Positions 26,477-36,816 of a stretch of 64,000 bases of DNA are shown piece after piece (position 1 is the stretch's first letter; every line of letters starts with the position of its first letter). The DNA comes from Fistulifera solaris. Its lineage: Eukaryota. A program made the position numbers and the translations under genes. The stretch covers positions 930,001 to 994,000 of the forward strand of contig AP026164.1 of the NCBI GenBank assembly GCA_030295235.1. The letters are read 5' to 3'. Below the pieces are notes generated by a model that worked only from the letters and a program-made list of their open reading frames with translations, did no database searches and was not told the origin of the DNA.

Positions 26477-27018
26477 TGCTAGGCTAGTCGCGCCAATACA
26501 CCGCCTCCGAAACCGTTGTGGTTAAACACTCATGACTGATTAATCGATCATCCTCTAGCCTTCTGGAAGCTAATGCTTAAAAATGATCCGAGAGACGGCA
26601 GAGAAGCATCGAAACATCGCTGCTTTTGGTTTCCACGGTTCCAGGAACTTTTGACTAAGTTCGTGCGAACAAAATCCGCTCACATCGTCACATCTATCCA
26701 CACCATGGGAAAGTAAAAAGTATATTCTGTCTTTTGTGGGCACATGCGCGCTTGCTGCGAGCAGCAATGTGCTTGTCCTACCTGGACCTTATTTCACCCA
26801 AATAGCCATATGGAATGGAAAGAATTGTCGGCGCACGTTTTCCTTATACTGCTGAATCAAATGAAACGAACACCTCTTTCGATAGGCTGAAGTTGCGAGT
26901 GACAACGGGAGGGACGGTATCAGCACTACGTTCTTCAGAAGCACGCTTTCTATGATTCGCACCCTTCCACTTTCCCGTGGATCATGGTCCCGAACACCCA
27001 TCACCCTCTAAGTTGTAT

Positions 27019-27035
27019 AGAGAGAGAGAGAGAGA
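27019..27035. repeat. (AG)8 microsatellite
   Basis: agagagagagagagaga in intergenic sequence. Confidence 0.8.
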
Positions 27036-27339
27036 TCCGAATCATTAACTCCGTATTCCGTGATGATCAAGCAGTAGCATGCGTTGAGTTTGATTATTGA
27101 CTTGACACGAAACGGCTCATTTTTCTGTTAAATGTACTCAATCTACTTGGAAACGGTACTAGATTTGTACTCCTGACTAACAATAGAAAGTCGTTCGGTG
27201 CTCAAATGCGAACATAATTTTTCATTTTCTGCCCTCTCACAAAATTTGTTTCGAGTGAAAATAAATTACAATACGCCACAATTACGAAACATCTCAGCAA
27301 AATTAAAGCTCTCTTGATGGAAATCATCAAGACAAGACG

Positions 27340-29023
27340 ATGAGTCGATTGGTGATACTTTTTGTGACGTTCCTCACCGTGCTTTGCGAGAACGAGAGAG
27401 TTTTTCTTAGATTTCGACCCGGATGCTGAACGATCCATGTCTTGTCGATCGGACGAGTTTCAATGCTACGTTAATTGGCATGACTCCGTAAACGTTGGCG
27501 GGTCGGTTGCAACCTTAATCTCGCCCAATAACACTGACAGTAACGACTTCTCTTCCGGGCTTGCGGCACTTCAACAGCTTGTTGATGAAGTCTACAGCGA
27601 CGGACGCAGAATGCGAGCCTACGGATCAAAATGGTCTCTTAGCAATGTCGCCTATACAAACGATGTTATGATGAATTCACAAGGCCTGACTTATTGCAAA
27701 GTCGGTATTGATGATGAAAGCCACGTGACTGCTGCGTACAAAGGCATTCGGAATCGGCTGGCGATCGTGCAAGCTGGAATGATGGTGAGAGATGTCCACC
27801 AAGCGCTCAAGGTGAAGAATTTAGCGTTATCCACCACTGGAGCTGGAGATGGCCAGCGTTTTGCAGGTGCGATTAGTACGGGAACACATGGCTCCGCGTT
27901 GCACTACGGTGCGATGCAAGAATTCGTCCGCGCGTTACACATTGTGATCCCAGGGGAGCACGTTCTGCTCCAGAGATCTTCCGATCCGGTCATCACGGAC
28001 GCTTTCGGTGAATGGATGGACGGATCCCGCGTCATCGCCAATGATACGCTGTTCGACGCAGCGGTTGTAAGCTTTGGTAGCTTCGGAGTCATTCACGCGT
28101 TAATTATCGAAGCAGAACCACTTTACGAGCTGAAGTTACAGTCGAAGCAATTCAGTTACGACTTAATCAAGCCTGTTCTTGAATCGCTCGATCCAAGCTC
28201 GCTCGGTTTTGACGGAATATATTCCGATTTGCCGTTTCATTTTGAAGTTGCCATCAATCCGTATAATCGCAACACAAATGGATGTTTTGTCCGTCTGTTC
28301 GAGAAGGTGACGCTTTCAGACGAAGAATTTCAAATTCAGCAAGAAAGTGGATTGCTAGACGCGTATGATCCCGAGGAAGCTGACTTGTTTGAGGCGGTTG
28401 GCCAGGCTTTTAGGCCTTCAATGGGACTACTCCCTACCGCGGCGATGAGAAAGGTGGTATTTGGCAGGGGGAGTTCAGTTTGCGTTGCGCAAAGTCTTCC
28501 AAACTAAATCAAGAACAGAACAAAGTAAGACAAAGAAACCATATGAATGGTTTACATTCAAGGGCGCACACGATCCATCGACAATGTCACCGGTCCCTGG
28601 AACTGCCTTTGAGATTGGAGTACCAGCTGAGCGAGTTGTTGAGGCCGTCGAGCTCATTTTCAGCATTGTGGACACTAATCCACTGGCTGCCCCTGTCGCA
28701 ATTCGCTTCATCAAAAAATCTAGGGCGACTTTAGCGTTTACAAAGTTCAATCTGACTGCTTCTATTGAAGTTTCGGGTCCTTACGATCGTGTCTTTTTCG
28801 AAGCCAGATAGAGATTCGGAACAGAATTTACGAAGCACTAGCTACTAGTGGAATACCGCACACCTACCATTGGGGACAGGGCTTTCCCGTGAATGACGTA
28901 TGGATACCATCTGCTTTTGGGGAGCAGCTTGATACATGGAAAAAGACACGGGCCGAGTTCTTGGGTGACTCTATTGAGACATTTTCCAGTGATCTTTTGG
29001 AAGATATTGGATTGTATCCCTAA
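27340..29023 (+). CDS. Secreted FAD-linked oxidase (VAO/PCMH fold, aldonolactone oxidase-like), copy 1; frameshifts near 27385, 28470 and 28797
   Basis: Signal peptide MSRLVILFVTFLTV from ATG 27340, GSKWSLS, GAISTGTHGS, VSFGSFGVI, HTYHWGQ, ends GLYP-TAA. Collinear with the intact copies 3 and 4. Confidence 0.82.
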
Positions 29024-30073
29024 CTTGACGTGTTTTATCCAGTAAGATGATACTTGCTTTCGAGAAACTGATTACATTGCTGCTTAATGAAACTCCTCTG
29101 GTTACTTCGAGCGCCACAGAAAGCATTAGATGCTACGGAGTATTGCTTTTGCAAGTCAGAGCTGGTGCCGAACTTTTTCACGTTTTGTGGTGAGATGGTT
29201 GTGGATAGCTGCTTGGATACCGTGCCCCAACAAAATGCGATAGACATAGCTATAGCCATCAAAGTTGTCGCTTTATCTTTGAGTCTGTCTCAATTTGCTA
29301 TTTATTTGCTCATTCACGTATTGCTAATTTGGAGAATAACTAGTCTGTTTGAAGTTTTTTGACTTTTTTATTGTCTGTTGTCATTAGAACTGAACAAGTC
29401 TTGTTCTCATTCATTGTAACAGGTAAAACCTTTACAAAAATCGAACTGCTCTGGGTTCAGATCGGAAGTCGTCAGCGCCGGGCAACCCAACGCGAAGCTG
29501 ACCGACCATTGAGGAATGCAAGACTTCGTTGAAGTACTTGTTTTTCCATGCAAAATCCGAACTCTTGGTTCGTCGCAAAAACATTCGCATCCATTTGTTC
29601 TTCATGATTTTCTGTCAAGGGGATGCGAACCCAAAGAATGACCTCTAGTAGAGGGCCGTAGTATCGTTGCGGACCGAAACAAAGGCCTCATACCGGACTA
29701 ACAATTGGTGAAAAACAGCACGCTTTTTTGATTTTCACTAATAAATGCGAATACTGAAACGTGTAGCTGCGCAAGGCGCCACAAACACAAAGAGTCGCAT
29801 TTCAGTGACATACATGTTCGCTTCAGAGAGCTAAATGCTATTTGCTCGACGCGAATACCATGCACAGAGCAGCGAGCCTCTTACAGAGTAAAGATCAGAA
29901 CCTTTGCCATTGCTCGCCATTGCCCTTATTCCCTCGTGACAACGAAAATCGAACCTTATATCAATTATGCCTCTCCTCGGTAAAAGCCATTCCGTCAAGA
30001 GTTGCAATGCTCATAAAATACAAACAAATTTCACAGCAAAAATACACATTTTCTAAAAATCTTCACTGATTCC

Positions 30074-31752
30074 ATGATTCGTTCAACACTATTGTGCGCT
30101 CTTTGCTTCACTTCGTTCAGTGCTGCCGAAAGAGATTTTTATCTGCGAGATCCTGATACTGTTAAGGCGTTGGCTTGTCGTCGGCATGAGGATCGATGCT
30201 TCCTCAATTGGTACAAGTCCATCAACGTTGGTGGTCCAATCGAAGCCCGGGAGGCTCCGAATAACACTGATAGCACCGACTTTACGTCCGGTCTCGCGGC
30301 CATCCAAAACATCGTTGACGAAGCTTTTGACAACGGGCTCAGAATCCGAGCCCATGGATCAAAGTGGTCACTCAGTAACGCCGCCTACACAAATGATGTC
30401 ATGATGAACTCACAAGGGCTTACTTACTGCAAAGTCGGTATTGATGATACAGATCATGTGACTCCTGAGTACCAAAACATTCGCGACCGCCTTGTGATCG
30501 TCCAGTCGGGTGTGATGGTGAGGGATCTTCATCAGATACTTAAGAACAACTCGTTGGCCTTGCCTACAACGGTGGCCGCAGGTGGGGAACGCTTAGTAGG
30601 GGCGGTCAGCACGGGGCTCATGGTTCAGCGCAAGCCTACGGCGCGATGCAAGAAGTCGTGCGCGCTATCCATATTGTTATTCCAAGCGGACACTTTTTGC
30701 TTCAGCGAGCTACTGATCCAGTTATCACCGAAGACTTTGGTCTGTGGCTGGATGGAGCCAGCGTCATCAGTGACGATACTCTGTTCAATGCCGCACTTGT
30801 CAGCTTTGGCAGCTTTGGTATCATTCATGCGGTTGTCATCGAAACAGAACCACTTTACGGATTGAAGTTACAATCAAAGCAGTTCAGCTATGACAAGGTA
30901 AGGCCTGTTCTCGAGTCACTAAATCCAAGCTCACTTGGTTTCGATGGAATCGGAACTGAGTTGCCCTTCCACTTTGAAGTTTCATTCAATCCCTACAAGC
31001 GCGACAAGGATGGTTGCTTCGTCCGCTTGTTTGAAAAAAGTTGAACTCCCCGAAGAAGACTTGAGCATTCAGCAAGAGAGTGAACTGTTGGAGACCTACA
31101 GACCGACAAACTTGTTTGAGGCCCTTGACCAGACAATTACAACCTCAATGGCGCTGCTCCCTACGACCATTTTGAAGAAGATTGTGTTCGGTAGAGGTGT
31201 ACAAATTGTGTTGCAGAACGTATTCCGGACTACATCCCCTGGGGATCAGGGTCAGGTAAGGAAACCCTACGAATGGTTCAACTACGAAGGAGCCAAATAC
31301 GCATCGTCGGAAGCCCCAATCGCCGGAACGAGCATCGAGATTGGTGTACCAGCCGATCGAGTAGTCGAGGCCATCGAAATCATCTTCAAGATTGTCGACC
31401 GCGACCCTGTTGCCGCACCAGTTGCCGTGCGCCTTGTCAAAAAGTCCGGTGCAATGTTGGCGTTTACCAAGTATGATCTGACAGCCACCATTGAAATGCC
31501 GGGTCCGTGCGATCGCATCCTTTTCCGCCATCGACTCAAGACTATGCAAAGATCTTTAAAGCGTTTGCCGCTAGTGACATACCGCATACTTATCACTGGG
31601 GTCAGCAACTTCCGTTGAATGAGGTATGGGTACCCAAAGCCTTTGGAGAAGATGTAGTAGAGACATGGAAACAAACACGCGCCGACTTCTTAGGTGATGC
31701 CGTCGACACCTTCTCGAACGAAATGATGGAGGACCTTGGGCTGTACCCGTAA
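30074..31752 (+). CDS. Secreted FAD-linked oxidase, copy 2; frameshifts near 30615, 31038 and 31530
   Basis: Signal peptide, GSKWSLS, GAVSTGxHGS, VSFGSFGII, HTYHWGQ and GLYP spread over four consecutive ORFs. Confidence 0.82.
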
Positions 31753-32198
31753 ATGACTTTTCCGTTTTCATGTTTAGGTAGCATCATTTCATGATCCATC
31801 AATTCCATCAACTTGAATACGTAGCGATTGCATTTGAACACGACAGAATGTTCTTTCAGCCCTAGTATTTTTTGTGTGTCTGCTGCCAAGCGATCTACCC
31901 ATCCTATCCTCTGGATCTGCTAAGATTGGGAAATGAGCAAAGCAATAAGAGATAACTCTCAGGAAATTTTGAGATAATTCTAAAGAAGATATCAAAAAGG
32001 CAACACCGCTGTTGCGTACTCCGTAATATTGATTGATTGACGAGAATGGGCCAATTCAACGTCAACACCTACTTGTACCAAGTATTGCATCGCATAAATG
32101 AGTCCTGAGTTGTCTTCGATCATCCGCTGGTCGCTGGTCGCTGGCGGGTTCGCGGAACTGCTCTTTCGTAATTCGTACGTTTTCGCCAACCACTACCA

Positions 32199-32279
32199 GG
32201 GAACGGCGTTAAAATTCTGCCTCGTCGTAGACGCTAGGTAGAATCTTGTAGTGGGAGGCAGAATTTTAACGTCCTTCCC
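32199..32279. repeat. Inverted repeat / hairpin with 25-bp arms
   Basis: gggaacggcgttaaaattctgcctc (32199-32223) versus the reverse complement of 32255-32279 (gggaaggacgttaaaattctgcctc): 23/25 match, inner 17 bp perfect. Confidence 0.85.
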
Positions 32280-32687
32280 ATATCTGCTGTTGAATAGACG
32301 TCATTTGTACATGGTACCAGGTACACATTTGTATTCACCAATTCACCAAGTATTTGCTTAGGCGTCATGCGGACTTTCGGAGTTTCCTTTCTGTCTGAGA
32401 ACTGGGAAATGGCATCATTGGCAATAAGTGCATTAGCCACGTCATACTATGGAAGAGGTTGGTGGTTGGTGGTATGTGAGAATGGTACTGTATGTGTACT
32501 TTGTACTGTGCATCTGTGTCACAGTATGAGGACTTTCCAAGAACATCACAAACAAAAAGCCTAACTTTTATCACAATCCCAATCGCTGACTCTGACTCTG
32601 ACGGAAGAAAACTAATTGCATGCTCGAACATTGGCCATAGGCAAGGCAGCCAACGCGCGTCAAACATGGTAAAGAATCAAATTGAAA

Positions 32688-34400
32688 ATGAAGACGAACC
32701 CGACGACAGCATTTCTTTATCTCGCGATTTGTTTGGCGCGAGTGGGAGGGCTGGATGGTGAGGAGATGCGTGATAGCCGGCGCTCTTCGTGTGGCAGAAA
32801 CGACGATCAATGCTTTACCAATTGGTACAAATCAGTTGGTGTAGGCGGCTTCGTAGACGAAATTGTTAGTCCGACGAACCAACAGAACCCCGGATTTACA
32901 ATAGATGAAAGCAAATTGTTTTTAAGTGGTCTCACTCTCCTCACGGAACTGGTAGATCGTGTCTACGGCGAAGGGCTGAGAGCCCGCGCTCACGGATCTA
33001 AATGGTCTCTCAATAATATCGCTTACACAGACGATGTCGTGGTCAACTCGCAAGGACTAACTTACAGAAAAATTGGTATCGAAGATGAGACGCACGTTAC
33101 TCCGGAGTACATAGACATTCGCAATCGCTTGGCAATAGTCCAATCGGGAGTCATGACGACAGATATCAACAAAGATTTATCTGAGAAATCACTGGCGCTC
33201 TCCACCAATGCCGCCACAGATGGACAGCGTCTCGTCGGGGCGGTTAGTACGGGGACCCATGGCTCAGCTGTAAACTATGGGTCAATGCCAGAATTTGTTC
33301 GAGCCATCCATATTGTTATCCCTGGAGAACATGTTCTAATTCAAAGAGCATCTGACGTAGTAATAACGGAGTCATTTGCTGAATGGTTGGGTGGAGCTCG
33401 CGTCATCAACGATGATACACTGTTCAACGCTGCTGTTGTCAGCTTTGGTAGCTTTGGGATTATACACGCATTAATCATCGAGGCCGAACCTCTTTACAAA
33501 CTAAGACTACAGTCGAAACAGTTCAACTACGATCAGGTCCGACCTGTATTGGAGTCCCTTGATCCGAGTTCACTTGGTTTCGAAGGAATAGGGTCTGAAT
33601 TGCCTTTTCACTTTGAGGTCGCTATCAATGCTTATAGACGCAACAATGGCGGTTGCTTCGTCCGATTGTTTGAAAAGATAGCCGTTACCGACCAAGCGTT
33701 CAGCACGCAAGCAGAAGGAAATGTCTTTAGTCGCGAGGGTGCAAACGACACTAGTATCGACCTCTACGAAGCTATGGGGACAGCGTTTCGTCCTGCAATG
33801 GGACTTCTTCCCTCGGCATTTCTGAAGCGTAGAGTGTATGGCCGAGTGCTACAGATTGTTCTGCGCAACTTCTTCAAAACCAACCAGAAACGGTTGCAGG
33901 GCGCTTCCAGAAAACCGCATGAGTGGTTCACCTCCCGAAACAATGGCAGTCCCTCCACGACGTCGCCGATCGCTGGAACAGGTTTAGAATTCGGTGTGCC
34001 AGCGGACAGAGTTGTTGAAGTCATCGAAATAATATTTGACATTGTGAGAGACGACCCACTGGCTGGACAAATCGCTATGCGCTTCATCAAGAAATCCAGC
34101 GCAACATTAGGTTTCAACAAATACGACTTGACCGCCACTGTCGAGATGTCGGGTCCCTATGATGTTGTCTTTTTCCGAAATCAAGGACGAGTGCGGCAAA
34201 AAATAAAAGAAGCCATCGCAGCAAGTGGGATCCCTCACACGTATCACTGGGGTCAAGATTTTCCAATCAACGATGAGTGGGTGCGGAATGCCTATGGCTC
34301 TAGCGTTGACGAGTGGAAGCAAGCGCGCTTGGATTTCCTAGGCGATGCCATCGACACCTTTTCGAACGATCTATTGGAAGATCTTGGGCTATATCCTTGA
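32688..34400 (+). CDS. Secreted FAD-linked oxidase, copy 3 (intact)
   Basis: Uninterrupted ORF with signal peptide, GSKWSLN, GAVSTGTHGS, HTYHWGQ and GLYP. Confidence 0.88.
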   Translation: MKTNPTTAFLYLAICLARVGGLDGEEMRDSRRSSCGRNDDQCFTNWYKSVGVGGFVDEIVSPTNQQNPGFTIDESKLFLSGLTLLTELVDRVYGEGLRARAHGSKWSLNNIAYTDDVVVNSQGLTYRKIGIEDETHVTPEYIDIRNRLAIVQSGVMTTDINKDLSEKSLALSTNAATDGQRLVGAVSTGTHGSAVNYGSMPEFVRAIHIVIPGEHVLIQRASDVVITESFAEWLGGARVINDDTLFNAAVVSFGSFGIIHALIIEAEPLYKLRLQSKQFNYDQVRPVLESLDPSSLGFEGIGSELPFHFEVAINAYRRNNGGCFVRLFEKIAVTDQAFSTQAEGNVFSREGANDTSIDLYEAMGTAFRPAMGLLPSAFLKRRVYGRVLQIVLRNFFKTNQKRLQGASRKPHEWFTSRNNGSPSTTSPIAGTGLEFGVPADRVVEVIEIIFDIVRDDPLAGQIAMRFIKKSSATLGFNKYDLTATVEMSGPYDVVFFRNQGRVRQKIKEAIAASGIPHTYHWGQDFPINDEWVRNAYGSSVDEWKQARLDFLGDAIDTFSNDLLEDLGLYP

Positions 34401-35021
34401 GTTCCTTATTCTCATTGCAGTGATTTGGGTAAGAGACTACGTTACTTTGCAAAACGGCTCTCGAGTAGATTGGGACGTCAGGGTTGTAATTGAATTCATT
34501 AGAACTTTCTCTCCTCGAAACATGACTCATCATTCTTCGTCTAGCTAAAATAGACACTTGATCATCGGTTAGAAACCCACAAGCAAGTTTACCTTGTTCA
34601 CCATGAGATTTGAGATTTATGAGATCAAAAAGTTTCGTTTGTCGAGCTTCGTCCAACTTTCCAAAACTTCGGCCGAGAGGGGCGTTTCTTATCTACAGAA
34701 GATGCGTCGGTTCGCGTTTAATTAGGCCTCTGTTTAGGCATCCGTTGTACACATTCTAATATAGGCCACATTGAAAGTTTAAGTAATACGCACTGCACAT
34801 ACAAGCAGTACTTTTCTTGGCTCTAAAAAAGAGCAATGGAGCGGTTAAGTGGCCCAATGAAATTCGAAGGAACGCTAAAAGCTTTTATCGTTTATCCTCC
34901 TTTCGTCCTGCATTTTCTTCCTTAACCTCCAATGCGAATGAGAACCGCTTGGCATAAATCAACTGTATTCATAAAATAATCGTTAATAATTTCCACAACT
35001 CGAGGGCTATTCCTTCCTGCT

Positions 35022-36704
35022 ATGATTCGATCGACACTCTTATGCGCTATTTGCTTCACTTCTTTGAGTGTGGCTCAAACAGACTTCTTTTATCGAGACC
35101 CTGACGCAGCACACGCTATGGCTTGTCAACCCGAAGAGGATCAATGCTACATCAATTGGCACAAGTCTATCAATGTTGGGGGCAAAGTCGAGACACTGCT
35201 GGCTCTCAACAACACGGATAGTACCGATTTCTCGTCTGGACTCGCAGCCCTCCAACAGATTGTCGATCAAGTTGCGAGTGAGGGGCGGAGGATCAAGGCT
35301 TTCGGATCGACGTGGTCGTTGAGCAATGTTGCCTACACAAATGATGTTATGGTGAACTCACAAGGCCTTACTTATTGCAAAGTCGGTATCGATGATGAAA
35401 GTCACGTGACTGCTGCGTACAAAGACATTCGGAATCGTTTAGCTATTGTACAAGCTGGAATGATGGTGAGAGATGTCCACCAAGCGCTCAAGGTGAAGAA
35501 TTTAGCGTTATCCACCACTGGAGCTGGAGATGGCCAGCGTTTTGCAGGTGCGATTAGTACGGGAACACATGGCTCCGCGTTGCACTACGGTGCGATGCAA
35601 GAATTCGTCCGCGCGTTACACATTGTGATCCCAGGGGAGCATGTTCTGCTCCAGAGATCTTCCGATCCGGTCATCACGGACGCTTTCGGTGAATGGATGG
35701 ATGGAGCTCGCGTCATTAGTGATGACACATTGTTCAACGCAGCGGTTGTAAGCTTTGGTAGCTTTGGAATTATTCACGCGTTAATCATTGAAGCTGAGCC
35801 ACTCTACGAGTTGAAATTTCAATCAAAGCAGTTCAACTACGGCCAAATCAAGCCTGTTCTAGAGTCACTCGATCCGAGTTCACTGGGCTTTAAAGGGATC
35901 GGCTCCGAGTTGCCGTTTCATTTCGAAATTGCAATTAATCCTTACAGACGCAACCAAGATGGTTGTTTTGTTCGTTTGTTTGAGAAATTGACGTTGTCGA
36001 GCGAGGAGTTTCGAGTTCAGCAAGAAAGTGGCATGCTGGACGCGTATGATCCCGAAGACACCGATTTGTTCGAAGCAGTTGGTCAGGCGTTCAAACCGGC
36101 TATGGGACTGCTGCTCACGCCATCGTTGAGACGTTTAGTTTTTGGCAGGGGTGTGCAATTCGCATTACGTAGGGTTTTTCAGACGAAAGCCAGAAGGGAG
36201 CAGGGCCAGATAAAGAAACCTTACGAATGGTTTACATTCAAGGGAGCACACGATCCATCGACAAGGTCTCCAGTGCCTGGAACTGGTTTGGAAATTGGTG
36301 TTCCTGTGGATCGAGTGGTCGAGGCTATTGAGCTAATCTTTGCTATTGTCGACTCCGACCCACTGGCCGCCCCAATCGCGATTCGTTTTATTAAGAAGTC
36401 TAGGGCGACGCTGGCATTCACAAAGTATGACTTGACGGCGTCCATTGAAATATCGGGTCCCTATGACAGGGTGGCGTTTCGCCGTCAAATAAAAACTCGC
36501 AATCAAATTTTTGAAACGTTGGTCGCCAACGGAATTCCACACACCTATCATTGGGGGCAACACTTCCCGGTGAATGGTGAATGGGTTCGGAATGCATTTG
36601 GGGCAGATGTTGACGAATGGAAAGATGCTCGCTCTAACTTCTTGGGTGACTCTATTGACATATTTTCAAATGATCTTTTGGAGCATCTTGGTCTGTATCC
36701 GTGA
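35022..36704 (+). CDS. Secreted FAD-linked oxidase, copy 4 (intact)
   Basis: Uninterrupted 560-aa ORF with signal peptide, GSTWSLS, GAISTGTHGS, HTYHWGQ and GLYP. Confidence 0.88.
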   Translation: MIRSTLLCAICFTSLSVAQTDFFYRDPDAAHAMACQPEEDQCYINWHKSINVGGKVETLLALNNTDSTDFSSGLAALQQIVDQVASEGRRIKAFGSTWSLSNVAYTNDVMVNSQGLTYCKVGIDDESHVTAAYKDIRNRLAIVQAGMMVRDVHQALKVKNLALSTTGAGDGQRFAGAISTGTHGSALHYGAMQEFVRALHIVIPGEHVLLQRSSDPVITDAFGEWMDGARVISDDTLFNAAVVSFGSFGIIHALIIEAEPLYELKFQSKQFNYGQIKPVLESLDPSSLGFKGIGSELPFHFEIAINPYRRNQDGCFVRLFEKLTLSSEEFRVQQESGMLDAYDPEDTDLFEAVGQAFKPAMGLLLTPSLRRLVFGRGVQFALRRVFQTKARREQGQIKKPYEWFTFKGAHDPSTRSPVPGTGLEIGVPVDRVVEAIELIFAIVDSDPLAAPIAIRFIKKSRATLAFTKYDLTASIEISGPYDRVAFRRQIKTRNQIFETLVANGIPHTYHWGQHFPVNGEWVRNAFGADVDEWKDARSNFLGDSIDIFSNDLLEHLGLYP

Positions 36705-36816
36705 ACCCCCCGTTTCGCCGAAAAAGATCTTTAAGTAATAAAACATGTATTGATAGAAATCTAATTGAAAGCAGTTATATAGATCCGCACTTTAATTATA
36801 GAGAGATGAAAATCAT

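Noticed and set aside
29468..29506. Small stem-loop (gtcgtcagc...gctgaccgac) as a tRNA or ncRNA
   Set aside because: The stem is short, there is no cloverleaf or A/B box, and it could arise by chance.
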